NCBI RefSeq assembly: GCF_028641065.1
Contig: NC_073415.1
Span: forward strand, 3,906,001 to 3,970,000
Reading direction: 5' to 3'
Source: Leucoraja erinacea
Lineage: Eukaryota
Length of the DNA: 64,000 nucleotides
Of this stretch, positions 25,942 through 39,528 are shown one piece after another. Below the pieces are notes generated by a model. The model saw nothing but the letters and a program-made list of their open reading frames with translations, had not been told where the DNA came from and did not search any database. Numbering within the stretch: position 1 is the first letter of the stretch; each line of letters begins with the position of its first letter. The position numbers were made by a program, and so were the translations under genes.

Positions 25942-26296
25942 TGTGTAGGAAGGAACTGCAGATGCTGGTTTAAACGGAAGATAGACACAAAAAGCTGGAG
26001 CAACTCAGCGGGTCAGGCAGCATCTCTGGAGAAAAGGAATAGGTCTCGAGCCAAATCGTCACCTATTCCTTTTCGCCAGAGGTGCTGAGTGACCTGCAGC
26101 TTTTTGTGCCTATGTAAAGTTGCCCAGGAATCTGTAGCACCATTACTTTCCTTCGCGACCTGAACATGTACGTACAATTCTCAGGTACACAAAAATGCTG
26201 GAGAAACTCAGCAGGTGCAGCAGCATCTATGGAGCGAAGGAAATAGGTAACGTTTCGGGCCGAAACCCTTCTTCAGACTGATTCAGACTTCAGACT
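25942..26296 (-). mobile_element. Two Penelope-derived insertions (family A 25942-26118, family B 26184-26296)
   Basis: TSDs gttgcccagg (25932/26119) and gtacaattctca (26172/26297). Confidence 0.75.
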
Positions 26297-26487
26297 GTAC
26301 AATTCTCATACTTAACAATGATGCAATACATGGATGTGTAGTGTACAATAAAGAAGATAGTAACAGATGTAGGGGATAGCACCAGATTGGTGTATGGGCA
26401 GATAGGTGGCAAGTGAATCTTAGTGCTGAGAAATACAGTGTTTGATTTTAATGGAAGAGGCAGGATAAATTAGAGTGCACTGTTCCT

Positions 26488-27571
26488 GCACAAACCAACC
26501 TCCCTTCCATTGACCATTTATACCTCGTGCTGCCTCGGCAAGGCCAGCAGGATAATCAAGGACCAGTCCCAACCTGGCTATTCCTCCTCCTCCCCTCTCC
26601 CATCAGGCAAGAGGTATAGAAGTGTGAAAACGCACACCTCCACATTCAGGGACAGTTTCTTCCCAGGTCTTATCAGGCAACTGAACCATCCTACCAACAA
26701 CTAGAGAGCAGTCCTGAACTACTATCTACCTCATTGGAATCCCTTGGGCTTTCTTTAAACGGACTTTACATAGAAACATAGAAATTAGGTGCAGGTGTAG
26801 GCCATTCGGCCCTTCGAGCCTGCACCGCCATTCAATATGATCATGGCTGATCATCCAACTCAGTATCCCGTACCTGCCTTCTCTCCATACCCTCTGATCC
26901 CCTTAGCCACAAGGGCCACATCTAACTCCCTCTTAAATATAGCCAATAAACTGGCCTTGACTACCCTCTGCGGCAGAGAGTTCCAGAGATTCACCACTCT
27001 CTGTGTGAAAAAAGTTCTTCTCATCTCGGTTTTAAAGGATTTCCCCCTTATCCTTAAGCTGTGACCCCTTTTCCTGGACTTCCCCAACATCAGGAGCAAT
27101 CTTCCTGCATCTAGCCTGTCCAACCCCTTAAGAATTTTGTAAGTTTCTATAAGATCCCCTCTCAATCTCCTAAATTCTAGAGAGTATAAACCAAGTCTAT
27201 CCAGTCTTTCTTCATAAGACAGTCCTGACATCCCAGGAATCAGTCTGGTGAACCTTCTCTGCACTCCCTCTATGGCAATAATGTCCTTCCTCAGATTTGG
27301 AGACCAAAACTGTACTCAATACTCCAGGTGTGGTCTCACCAAGATCCTGTACAACTGCAGTAGAACCTCCCTGCTCCTATACTCAAATCCTTTTGCTGGA
27401 CTTTATCTTGCACTAAACGTCATTTACATTATCCCCCTGTTCATCATGTATCTGTACACCATGGATAGCTCAATTGTAATCATGTATTGTCTTTCTGATG
27501 ACTGGTTAGCATGCAACAAAAGCTTTTCCATGTACCTCAGTACATGTGACAATAAACTAAACTAAACTAAA
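26488..27571 (+). mobile_element. Old Rex1/L2-like 3' fragment split by a CR1
   Basis: IYTSCCLGKASRIIKD...RDSFFP; tail gtgacaataaactaaactaaac resumes after 27396. Confidence 0.65.
26769..27396 (-). mobile_element. Young CR1 LINE 3' fragment
   Basis: ORF 26860-27264 is near-identical to the other young copies. Confidence 0.92.
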
Positions 27572-27971
27572 CGAAGGTGTGCAAGAGAAAAGAGACCTAG
27601 GGGTATATGTATTTCATGTGAATGTTTCCAGGAAGCTTGCAAGAATGTATAGAAGAAATTTACTGAAATGATTTTGGTGATGATGGAATTTAATTATGTG
27701 GATTGACTAAGGACTAACCAAGAAGGTTACATGGGCATCTGATTGTGATATTTAAAAACATGCGCTGGTGCAGAGAGAGTAGACAGAGAGAATCTATCCA
27801 TGTGGAGAGCCAAGAGAGAGAATAAAGATGATTAGCAAAAGAATCACAATTGATATGAGGAAAACATTTTCGTAAGTTATAGGAGCAGAATTAGGCCATT
27901 CGGCGCATCAAGTCAACTCCGCCATTCAATCTTTCCCTCTCAACTCCACTCTCTTGCCTACTCCCCATAGG

Positions 27972-28588
27972 CAAGTCAAGCCAAGTCAAGTCGAGTTTAT
28001 TTGTCACATACACATACGAGATGTGCAGTGAAATGAAAGTGGCAATGCTCGCGGACTTTTGTGCAAAAGACAAACAACAAAACAACAAAACAAATTATAA
28101 ACACAATCATAACACACATATTCTTTCACATAATAAATAATGGAAGGAAAAACGTTCTGTAGAGTTAGTCCCTGGTGAGATAGGCGTTTACAGTCCGAAT
28201 TGCCTCTGGGAAGAAACTCCTTCTCAACCTCTCCGTTCTCACCGCATGGCAACGGAGGCGTTTGCCTGACCGTAGCAGCTGGAACAGTCCGTTGCAGGGG
28301 TGGAAGGGGTCTCCCATGATTTTGTTTGCTCTGTAGTTGCACCTCCTGTTGTTATAGTTCCTGCAGGGGGGGTGAGTGAAGTTCCCATAGTGCGTTCGGC
28401 CGAACGCACTACTCTCTGCAGAGCCTTCTTGTCCTTGGCAGAGCAATTCCCAAACCAGATGGTAATGTTCCCGGACAAGATGCTTTCCACCGCCGCTGCG
28501 TAGAAGCACTGGAGGATCCTCGGAGACACTCTGAATTTCCTCAATTGCCTGAGGTGGTAAAGGCGCTGCCTTGCCTTACTCACGAGAG
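27972..28588 (-). mobile_element. Rex1/Babar-like LINE 3' fragment
   Basis: KARQRLYHLRQLRKFRVSPRILQCFYAAAVESILSGNITIWFGNC; (CTTGA)n tail. Confidence 0.82.
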
Positions 28589-29483
28589 TAACCCCTGACA
28601 TCCTTTTTTACACAATGAGCCGTTCAGGCCTGGTACACATTGCAAGAAGTAACAATGGAAGCAGATTCCAGTATGATATTCGAAAGTGAACTGGATAAGT
28701 ATCTGAAAGGAAAGATTTGTAGATTTGAGTGGAAAGATTGGGCCAGTGGAACTAGGTGGATCACTGGTTCAAACTGCTCCCTTTCTGCAAATCTATGAGC
28801 ATTTAAAAAAAAAAGGTTCTCACGTGTGTGATTTTTATTTAATGTAAAGCTTAAACATTTTCAGCCAAATAATTATTTGTAAAATGTAATTACGCTTGTA
28901 TCATAGGAAGCCTGACGGCTGATTTGCACATAAAACAGCAGTGTTATCAGCAAGATAAAATTTAAGTGCTGATGATTGAGTGATAAATATTGGCCAAGAT
29001 TGTAGGGCAAACTCCCTCGCTTTTCTTCAGACATAGCACAATGGGAATTTGGCATCCATTTGGTTTCTGTTTACTTTCCATGTGATATGTTTTGGAGTGG
29101 GGCTGAAACATGTGACCTTTTACTTGGAATGAGAATCCTTCCAGTGAGGCACAAGTCAAGTCTATATCTCTTACAGTTTTATAACTTGAGACTTTAAAAA
29201 TTCTAACTATTGCGATTTTAATTGAAGAGTGTGTGTATACTGGGAATGCCCCCACAGTATCGGTACTCTGCTTCTGTCAGTGTAGGGTGACTGAGGACAG
29301 TTGTCTTCCTATAGAAGGTTGAAAATAGTGCTTTGGTTCTAAGGATATAACGTGCTGCTGCAAATGGAGTTGTGATGGATCTGCGAGAATTGCTTGGTGT
29401 TGGAGTTGAACTGGAATTTAGCACTTCCCTGCTATGTGCAACAGTGGCAAAGCCTGTCGTTTTTATTGCCCCGCTTTGCTGAT

Positions 29484-30254
29484 GCTGATGTCCCACTGTA
29501 CGAGCTAATTCAAGAGTTCTCCCGAGTTTCCCCTGATTCGAACTCGGAGATTTACGGTAATAGCCGCTCGCAGGTACTCGGGGTCTCGTGGACATTTTTC
29601 AACACGTTGAAAAATTGACATGGTGTTTTTTCCAACATGTTGAAAAATCTTCCCGAGCTTACCGCGTTTCCCCGAGTACCTGCCGTTAGCGTTACGAGAC
29701 GCTAAGAGACGTCCCGAGCTCCGACGTACCCGCTACGTACATTCATAGAACATAGAAATTAGGTGCAGGAGTAGGCCATTCGGCCCTTCAAGCCTGCACC
29801 GCCATTCAATATGATCATGGCTGATCATCCAACTCAGTATCCCGTACCTGCCTTCTCTCCATACCCTCTGATCCCCTTGGCCACAAGGGCCACATCTAAC
29901 TCCCTCTTAAATATAGCCAATGAACTGGCCTCAACTACCCTCTGTGGCAGAGAGTTCCAGAGATTCACTACTCTCTGTGTGAAAAAAGTTCTTCTCATCT
30001 CGGTTTTAAAGGTTTTCCCCCTCATCCTTAAGCTGTGACCCCTTGTCCTGGACTTCCCCAACATCGGGAACAGTCTTCCTGCATCTAGCCTGTCCAACCC
30101 CTTAAGAATTTTGTAAGTTTCTATAAGATCCCCTCTCAATCTCCTAAATTCTAGAGAGTATAAACCAAGTCTATCTACATGCTTACCACGAGTTTGATTT
30201 TTTTTTTAAACTCGGGAGAGCTCTTGAATTACCTCGTACAGTGGGACAAGCCCT
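29484..30254. mobile_element. Harbinger-like MITE (same family as 8100) with a nested CR1
   Basis: TIRs tgtcccactgtacgag / ctcgtacagtgggaca; internal sequence matches 8100-8424. Confidence 0.72.
29745..30174 (-). mobile_element. Young CR1 LINE 3' fragment
   Basis: ORF 29834-30139. Confidence 0.9.
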
Positions 30255-30333
30255 TTAACAAGATTTCAACCTTGCATTACTGGTGCTGTAGTAAAATGGG
30301 TTCCATATTGCATTCTTGTTCTTGCCATGACAG

Positions 30334-30423
30334 GAGTTCTACCGAGACCGGTTTGGGGAAGAGGCTGCTGAGATTATCAAAGATTCCAATCCAGTCGACA
30401 AAGGCAAACTGGACCCAAACAAG
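30334..30423 (+). CDS. DOCK6: DOCK6 coding exon ([30 protein letters not shown])
   Basis: tgacag / gtaata; 90 nt. Confidence 0.95.
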
Positions 30424-30586
30424 GTAATAGCAACTTGGATGGTAAAATTACTGGCTGTGGAAACATGAACAATTAATTTGCTGCTCAAGTATTTAACTTG
30501 GTCTAACAACCTTTCATGCCGTGAATAGGCAAGGTGTAGAAGAATGCGGACAAATGAGATTAGCGTAGATAGCAATAAGTGTCGGG

Positions 30587-31048
30587 ATGTGTAGGAAGGA
30601 AATGTAGATGCTGGTTTAAACCGAAGATAGACACAAAATGCTGGAATAACCCAACAGTTCAGGCAGCATCTCTGGAGTGAGGGAATGGGTGACGTTTCAG
30701 GTCGGGTCTCGATCCGAAATGTCGTCCATTCCTTCTCTCCAGAGATGCTGCCTGTCCTGCTGCATTACTCCAGCATTTTGAGTCTAAGATAAAATGGTCT
30801 GTCTGCTATGGTAAGGCAAAGGGTCCCTTTCTGTGTGGTATGACTCTGTAGGCCTAGTACATAGCATTTGAGCAGTTAAAACTCAGATGTTGCAGTTGAG
30901 AATCTTTTAGGTGATGTTTTCGGGTCAAGACCCTTGAACCCAAAACATCACCTTTCCATGTTCTCTGAGATGCTGCCTGACCTGCCGTATTACTCCAGCA
31001 CTTGTGTCCTTTTGTGTATTAACCAGCACTGCAGTTCTTTGTTTCTAC
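30587..31048. mobile_element. Family A Penelope-derived copies (30587-30787 fold-back; 30910-31048)
   Basis: Inverted arms around gtcgggtctcgatccgaaatgtc. Confidence 0.7.
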
Positions 31049-31223
31049 AGTTCATAAGAAACTTGACAAGAAATTGACAAGAAAGGGATGAGGGTTTGAA
31101 TACAGAAACTTGAGGAAATTTGGCTGCAATCATAATGAGACCACAACTGTAGTTATTGTGTACAGTTTTGGTCTCCCTATCCAGAAAAATATACCCTGAA
31201 CATAGAGCAAGTGAAGAAGCGTA

Positions 31224-31546
31224 GGGCAGTCACGGTGGTGCAGCGGTAGAGTTGCTGCCTTACAGCGAAGGCAGCGCCGGAGACCAGGGTTCGATCCCGA
31301 CTACGGGTGCTGTCTGTACGGAGTTTGTACGTTCTCCCCGTGACCTGCGTGGGTTTTCTCCGAGATCTTCTGTTTCCTCCCACACTCCAAAGACGTACTG
31401 GTTTGTAGGTTAATTGGCTTGGTAAATGTGAAAATTGTCCCTAGTGGGTGTAGGATAGTGTTAATGTGCGGGGATCGCTGGTCGGTGTGGACCCGGTGGG
31501 CCGAAGGCCCTGTTTCCGTGCTGTATCGCTGTACTAAACTAAACTA
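31224..31546 (+). mobile_element. Full-length HE1-type V-SINE
   Basis: A-box-like tggtgcagcggt, B-box ggttcgatccc, V-domain, LINE-derived tail ending (aaact)n. Confidence 0.88.
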
Positions 31547-33019
31547 GTGCTAGGAAAGCAGGCTTACATATGAGAAGAGATTGAGTCGACTAGTCCTGTA
31601 TTCTCCAGAGATCAGAATAATTGAAAACATTCTTACAGGACTTCACAGGCTAGATGCAGGAAGAATGTTTTCCCTGACTGAGGAATCTCGAAGCCAGAGT
31701 CAAAAAAGGTTTCAGACTGAGATGAGGAGAAATGTTTTAATTCCGCAGAAGAATCTTTGGAATTTTCTAACCCTGAAGACTGTGGAGGCTCAATCATTGA
31801 GTTCATTAATAACCAAGATTGTTGGGTTTCTGGGTGTTAAAGTTATTGCGGGATATGGGTTTAGTGCGACAACATAGTGCTGGGCAGATCAGCCGTCATA
31901 TTGATAAATGGCAGTAGTCTTCAAGGACCGTTTGTCCTCCCGCACCTTCGCCTGCTGCTGCTCTGTGCTTGTAAATGAAGGGACAGGAGAAAATAGTTGT
32001 CGAGCTGTTAAGTGTATTATATAAGGGGGACCTGGTCGGGGGGGGCTACTGAGAACAAAGGGGGATTCAGTAGTGAGGTGGCACCGAAAATGAAGGGGAC
32101 CCGGCAGGGGGAGCCCATCAAAAATGATGAGGGACCCAGGGCTGGGGGTTGCGGGGAGACAGTAAATAGGAATGTTCAGTGAACGTTTGTAACTGTGTCG
32201 GCGCCAAACGTGGCAACACTTGTGTACAGTCCAGCTGAGATCTGCTGTATGATTTGTCTGGGTTGTACGCAAAACAAAGCATTTCACTGTACTTAGGTAC
32301 ATGTGACAATGAAGTATGACACAAAAAGCTGGAGTAACGCAGCGGGCCAGACATCATCTCTGGAGAAAAGGAATAGGTCAAGATCTTTCTTCAAACTGAG
32401 TCAGTGGAAAGGGAAACGAGAGATATTGACGATGATATAGACGTTTCCAACAAATGAATCGTTCGTTCGTGCGGTCACTCCTGTGTCAGACGATGTCGCT
32501 CGCTGTTGGCTTCTGTCGTTGTCCTACACGTTGACAGAATTGTCGCCCGACGCGTCACAGAGTGCATTGTGTCCTCACTTCCAGGCAAAGATTCTAGAGG
32601 AGCTTTGCTTCCAGGAATCTTTGTTTCCAGGAATCGCGGTGAGGAGGCTTCTGTCATGATCCCCAAATGAATGAAACGTCTGCAAAAAAGTAGCAATGAT
32701 ATTGGAAACAAACCCTTCTTAGCTGTGGGCTAGATGAAAACGAGTTACAGACAATGAAACTCATCAGGAAACTCACTCAATAAAGTATCATTGAATTGTT
32801 GAATCATCGAAGAGAGATGCAGGAGGATTAGGAAATAGGGGAGAAGAATGTGGAGAGGTTAAAGCATTCACTACCAGAGTTACTGACAGGAACAGAGATG
32901 GAGAGAGGAAGAATGTGACGGGGGAATGTGGGATGATGCTGATCTGGAGGATTATCCTTCATCATTGTTTTAACTTGCAAAGTTTGTAACCATTAGGAAG
33001 TGTCCATGTTTCTTTCCAG

Positions 33020-33256
33020 GCATATATCCAGATCACGTATGTTGAACCGTTCTTCGACACCTACGAATTGAAAGACCGCATCACTTACTTTGACAAGAAC
33101 TATAACTTGCGCTGCTTTATGTACTGCACGCCCTTCACGTTAGACGGCCGTGCTCACGGTGACCTGCACGAGCAGTACAAGCGGAAGACCATCCTCACCA
33201 CCTCGCACGCCTTCCCCTACATCAAAACCAGGATCAACGTCATTCACAAGGAGGAG
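33020..33256 (+). CDS. DOCK6: DOCK6 coding exon ([24 protein letters not shown]...HKEE)
   Basis: tttccag / gtaaga; 237 nt, DHR2 lobe B. Confidence 0.96.
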
Positions 33257-33959
33257 GTAAGATATGCGTTCCAACGTGGCTTTCAGTTACAAAGGAATGG
33301 GTGATGTTTCAGGTTGAGACCCTTCTTCAGACTGTGCTGAACTACTATCTACCTCTTTGGTGACCCTCAGACTATCCTTGATCGGACGCTCTTAGCTGGC
33401 TTTACCTTGCACTAAACGTCATTCCGTTATCATGTATCTATACACTGTCAATGGCTCAATTGCAATCATGTATTGTCTTTCTGCTGACTGGATAGCAGGC
33501 AACAAAAGCTTTTCACTGTACCTCAGTACACGTGACAATAAACTAAACTGAAACTCACCCCAAATGTCGCCCATTCTTTCTCGGTATAGATGCTGACCGT
33601 CCTGCTGAGTTACTTCAGCATTTTGTGTCTATCTGCGATATAAACCAACATCTGCAGCAATTGCTTCCTACACATCTCTGTACTCCACCACTTTGTGTCC
33701 ATCTTTAGTAGAAACCAGCATCTGCAGTTCTTTGTTTCTACAAAGTGAAAAGGGTTCTGACCTGAAACATCGCCTGCCCATTCCCTCCACAGATGCTGCC
33801 TAACTCATTAAATTACTCCAGTGTTTCACTTAAGATTCCAGCATCTACAGCTCCTTGGGTCTAAACAGGAACTTGTATTGAGTCTTCCACTAGTGATACC
33901 TATCAAGATAACTGTTGTCTGTACCCTGCATTTGATTATCATGGGTTTTCATCAAGGAG

Positions 33960-34245
33960 ACTTTAGAGATACAGCGCGGAACCAGGCCCACCAGGACCAC
34001 GCCGACCAGCGATCACCCCGTACATTAACACTGTCCTTCACACTAGGGACGATTAATAATTTTACTAAAGCCAATTAATCTATATACCTGTATGTATTTG
34101 GAGTGTGTGAGAAAACCGGAGCACCTGAAGAAAAGCCACCCGGTTACAAGGAGAACGTGCAGACTCTGTATAGACAGCACCCGTAATCAGGATCGAACCC
34201 GCGTCTCTGGTACTGTAAGGCAGCAACTTTACCGTTGCGCCACAA
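33960..34245 (-). mobile_element. HE1-type V-SINE
   Basis: Reverse-complement head, V-domain and tail. Confidence 0.8.
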
Positions 34246-34287
34246 ATGCAAGAAATTATTTTTAAAGCCTTTCCGGACAGGATCTGA

Positions 34288-34494
<207 letters not shown>

Positions 34495-34514
34495 TAAAGT
34501 TTAGTTTATTTCAC

Positions 34515-35220
34515 TGGAATGTCAGAGGTTGAGGGGAGACTTGATGGATGTATATAAAATTATGAGAGGCAGAGATAGGGTAGACAGTCAGAACCTTTTT
34601 CCCATGGTGGAAATGTCCATCACTCGAGGGCATAGCTCCCCATTGGATTGCAAGCTTGTCGTGGTCGGGGAGCTTGTGTGTCTCAGTGACCCCCTAGAGC
34701 TATGCCAGTGGGAGATTTGTCTCCTGTTAGGGTCTCCCATGCAGGACAGGTAGAGGCAAGACGAAGAGCGATCCACTGATCCTGCAGGTTGGAGGTTGAA
34801 CACAGGTCCACCCTGTCTCGTAAAACAAATGTGTCATGGAAACAGCATCTGTGGGAAACAACACTACTGGGTGGAGGACCTTGGTTGCTGCCCTGCATGC
34901 CAGGAGGCATAATAGGCAGTAAGTAAGTTATTAAGAGGGCATAGGTATAAGGTGAGAGGGGTACGTTTTAATGGAGATATACGGAGCAACTTTTTTACAC
35001 AGAGGATGGTGGGGGGCTTGAGCACACTGCCGGGCGTGGTGTAGGGGGCAGATACAATAGTGGCGTTTAAGATGGCTTTCAGCTAGGCATGTGGAAGTGC
35101 AAGGAATAGAAGGATATGGATCATGTACAGGCAGATGAGATCAGTTTAACTAGGCTTCATGTTTGCCACAAACATTGTACACCAAAGGGCCTGTTGCTGC
35201 ATTCCACTGTTCTATGTTTC
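34515..35220 (+). mobile_element. Old CR1 3' fragment, split by an RTE-derived element
   Basis: RGDLMDVYKIMRG...RGH, resumes after 34944. Confidence 0.75.
34636..34928 (+). mobile_element. Bipartite non-autonomous RTE-derived element
   Basis: RTE-like 5' UTR motifs plus RTE-like 3' end with (TAAG)n tail; gagggcatag duplicated at 34626 and 34935. Confidence 0.6.
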
Positions 35221-36971
35221 TTAAAGTGTTATGTTTCCTTTATTGGAATAAAGTGGGTTTTTTTTGCCCTTTTTGAATAACAATAATTCTGCGTTTATTA
35301 AGTTCTGGCAGTTCCTGCAGTGTGGGTAACAGTAACTGGAATGGAGCATTTTTCAGTGGTGAGCAATTTGGCAGCTTATACACACGGGATCACATGCTGT
35401 TGGCATGACATAGATGTCATGTGTTTTACATAGAAGCTGTAAGGAGCTGAGAGAAATTGCCATCAGCTCAGTGCCATTGATGCAGTTCTCTTATTCACAA
35501 GTGATCTTTGGCCCATAGATCCCAGTTACTTCACTCAATACCCACGACTGTTGTATGTTCACATGCATGCAAGTACAAACCAGAATGCAAGTGTGCATTA
35601 TGTTGAATGCTTCTTAAGTTAGCCTTGTTTAGTCATGATTTTATTACTTTGCATTTTTAGTTCATATATCAGGTCTCACAGCTAAAGAATCATAGAGATA
35701 CAGCATGGAAACTTCGGCCCCCTATGACCCATCTACACTAGTCCCACCTGCCTGCGTTTGGCCCATGTCCCTCCAAACCTGGCCTATCCATTTACCTGTC
35801 CAACTGTTTCTTTAAATGCTGGCATAGTCCCTGCCTCAATTACATCCTCTGGCAGCTCGTTCTATACACCCAGCACCCCTTGTATGAAAAAGGTTCCCCC
35901 TCAGATTCCTATTAAATCTTTTCCCCTTCACCTTAACGTATAAATTAAAAATGCCATCTCAAAATTGCTGAAACTCTTTAATTAAAAGCTACCTGTAGTT
36001 GTGACATGGCCGAATTTGATTCATGAGTGCAAGTGGAAGGCCATTTATTTTTCTAACCTTGTTTCTTACTGTACATGGGGCAGCCATAGACGTTAGTTAT
36101 ATGGTTGTAATATTTTTACATCTGAGTGGTATCAAATATCATAGCACAAAACCAACACTTTTCAATCATACTGTAAGTACTGACTCAGGGGTTTATGGAT
36201 CATTGAAACATCAGTGTCCCTACACAAACCTCCCTGCCATGCTATTTTAAGCTACCTTCAGGCAGTAGAACAGTTGCTCTCTGCACATGCTTTCTACTGA
36301 CTTTGTTTTCACGGCTTCCAACAACATGTAAAGTATCAGTATAATAATGTCAGCCCAATATGTTGTGTTATGTTCTCCTTGTTTATCTGCCACTGCCCTC
36401 TTCAAGTCAAAGATCCCGAGGTCACTTTTGGCTAAACCCGGCAACCTTCTGCTTGTAAACTGAGGCTTTGCCTTCTCTCCAAAACCAGCTGAGTTCACAC
36501 CCCTTGCATCTGAAATAGTTCCTGTGTCTACTTGCCCAAGAGCCTCGGGGTTGGATCTCCCCAGCACAGGGTCTTGCTCTCTCCTTCAGCACCCTGAATA
36601 TCCCCCCCTATTATCAGCTTCCACTGCACAGTGGGTTAGTTCCACAGCCGGGCCTTCTGACCACATAAGTGGTAAAATGCCCATTCTGATCCATAAGGTT
36701 TTGCTTTCCCACCAAACTTGTGCGTTTTGAAGTACATCTTTTAATAGAACAGTTCGCCCTTGAAAGTTGAAGCATGAATGACAGTGTAGATAAACCACAT
36801 TGCGTGAGGAGGTGCTGAGCATTCCAGGCACACACATTCCCAATCTCTGCTCCGTTATGTGATCTCAGGCTGGTCAGTGGCAGGCATTTTAATAATTGAC
36901 CTTGAAGGCTCTAATGGGACAGGGTGGGTTCAATGACGAGGGAGGGAGGGGGGGGAAAGAGCACGTACTCG

Positions 36972-37378
36972 TAGTCACAGAGTCTTACACAGTGGAAACA
37001 GGCCCGTCGACATTACTAGCCCAAACCGCCTAACATGTCCCATCTACACTTTTCCCACCTGCCAGTGTTTGGCACATAAACCGGTCCTATCATAGAAACA
37101 TAGAAAATAGGTGCAGGAGTGTACTTGTCTAAATGTTTCTTAAACGTTGCGATAGTTCCTGCCACAACCACCTCCTCTGGTAGCTCGTTCCATACACCTA
37201 ACATCCTTTGTGTGAAGAAGTTGCCCCTCAGATTCCCATTAAATCTTTCCCCTTCACCTTGAATCTCATGGTTCTTGATTCCCCTACTGTGGGAAAGAGA
37301 TGCTGTGTGTCTGTCTACCCGATCTATTCCGCTCATGATTTTATACACTTCGAAAATTTCACCCCTCATCCTCCTACG
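36972..37378 (-). mobile_element. Old CR1 3' fragment
   Basis: ORF 37016-37369. Confidence 0.78.
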
Positions 37379-37761
37379 CTGCTGCTATACAGTGTAATTT
37401 TTGAATGGGCACAGGTTTGCGCTTGGCCACGTAGCCCTGACATTCGGAATTCTTCACTAGTACATGAAGACAGACCCCGTCAAAAGACTGCACTGCGAGC
37501 AGCTGGTATTCATGTCCTGAAAGATTTAGTGTATTGGTAAAACAGCTGAGAAAACGCTGGGAAGAAATTCAACTATGACTCCTTCAAACTGTATCCTGTG
37601 TATTCCGAGCATTTTCCTTCCATCCTCTTATAACCCTTCACCTTTGAAATATGGCATTGTCAAACCAGCTGGTGATTGAAAGTTATGAACAGTCCCTGGG
37701 TTTGTACAGTTGTAACAGATGTATCTGAAATAATGCTGGTTTTCCCTTGGAACTCTCTCAG

Positions 37762-37868
37762 GGGCCTTTGGAAGTGGCCCAGGTTTTCCTGGCAGACATT
37801 CCCGATGACCCCAAACTCTTCCGACATCACAACAAGCTCCGTCTCTGCTTCAAAGACTTCATGAAGCG
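37762..37868 (+). CDS. DOCK6: DOCK6 coding exon ([36 protein letters not shown])
   Basis: ctctcag / gtatgt. Confidence 0.96.
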
Positions 37869-38297
37869 GTATGTCATTATCTTTGTGTCTAAACTGTGCT
37901 GATTAATTCTGCGTTGCGCTTCACAACTTCCTTAACTCTGAAGGCACCAGCTGCATAAAGACATGCCTCTTTTAAACTTTCCCTTCAATTCCTCTGTCAA
38001 AATCCGCTGCCCTGCAGCTGAGACGAGCTCGATGAGCCTACACAGTCACAAGTCTGCATCAGACTGATCACGAGGAAGATTCAAGAAAGTGCAGATGTTG
38101 TCAAGTGAAAAACACAAAATGTCGGAGGAACTCAGCAGGTCAGGCATCTTTTCTAGAGGAAAAGGACAGATGACATTTCTGGTCAAGACCTTTCTTCAGA
38201 CTGATAGGTGATGTTTTTGATCGCAATCCTTCTATGTACTAATATCTGAAGGAGGGCTTGACCCAAATCATCGCCTGTCCATTCCCTCCATAGATGC

Positions 38298-39028
38298 CTC
38301 CTGGGATGTCAGGACTTTCATATGAAGAAAGACTGGATAGACTCGGCTTGTACTCGCTAGAATTTAGAAGATTGAGGGGGGATCTTATAGAAACTTACAA
38401 AATTCTTAAGGGCTAGATGCAGAAAGATTGTTCCCGATGTTGGGGAAGTCCAGGACAAGGGGTCACAGTTTAAGGATAAAGGGGAAATCCTTTAGGACCG
38501 AGATGAGAAATACATTTTTCACACAGAGAGTGGTGAATCTCTGGAACTCTCTGCCACAGAAGGTCGTTGAGGCCAGTTCATTGGCTATATTTAAGAGGGA
38601 GTTAGATGTGGCCCTTGTGGCTAAAGGGATCAAGGGGTATGGAGAGAAGGCAGGTACAGGATACTGAGTTGGATGATCAGCCATGATCATATTGAATGAT
38701 GGTGCAGGCTCGAAGGGCCGAATGGCTTACTCCTGCACCTATTTTCTATGTTTCTATGCAGCCTGACCCACTGAGTTTAGACAACAGACAATAGGTGCAG
38801 GAGTAGGCCATTCGGCCCTTCGAGCCAGCACCGTCATTCATTGTGATCATGGCTGATCATCCCCAATCAGTACCCCGTTCCTGCCTTCTCCCCATATCCC
38901 TTGACTCCGCTATTTTTAAAGAGCCCTATCTAGCTCTCTCTTGGAAAGCATCCAGAGAACCTGCCTCCACCGCCTTCTGAGGCAGAGAATTCCACAGACT
39001 CACCACTCTCTTTGAGAAAAAGTGTTTC
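38298..39028. mobile_element. Tail-to-tail CR1 fragments (38298-38758 plus, 38779-39028 minus)
   Basis: ORF 38428-38667 and a reverse CR1 3' UTR. Confidence 0.85.
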
Positions 39029-39029
39029 C

Positions 39030-39270
39030 TCGATCCCTGTACACCAGCACTATCCTACACGCTAGGGACAATTTACAATTTTTTTTTACCAAAGCCAATT
39101 CAACTACAAACCTGCGCGTCTTTGGAGTGTGGGAGGAAACCAGAGCACCTAGGGAAAACCCACGCGGTCACAGGAAGAACGTACAAACTCTATACAGACA
39201 GTACCCATAGTCAGGATCGAACCAGGGTCTCTGGCACTGTAAGGCAGCAACTCTAACGCTGCGCAGCCAT
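39030..39270 (-). mobile_element. HE1-type V-SINE
   Basis: Reverse-complement V-domain and head. Confidence 0.8.
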
Positions 39271-39528
39271 GATCTCAGGCCGATCGTTGCAGTTTGTCGG
39301 TGAACAGTGGCTGTAATCCAGCCTTTTTCTCTCAATCCAACCTTCTCACAGTGTAAGCAATGTACAGCCCATATCGGGAACACACTGGGCAAGGAGTGCA
39401 GGGCAAATACCACATCAACAAACCATATCTCGCTGCGGATAATATCAAACGGCACTGACTGCCATGAAAAGTCGTTGTATAATTGGTTAAATATGCTTGC
39501 ACTTGAATAAACTGTGCTTTGTCTGCAG

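Noticed and set aside
31224-31300. tRNA gene
   Set aside because: tRNA-like head of an HE1 SINE, followed by the V-domain and a LINE tail
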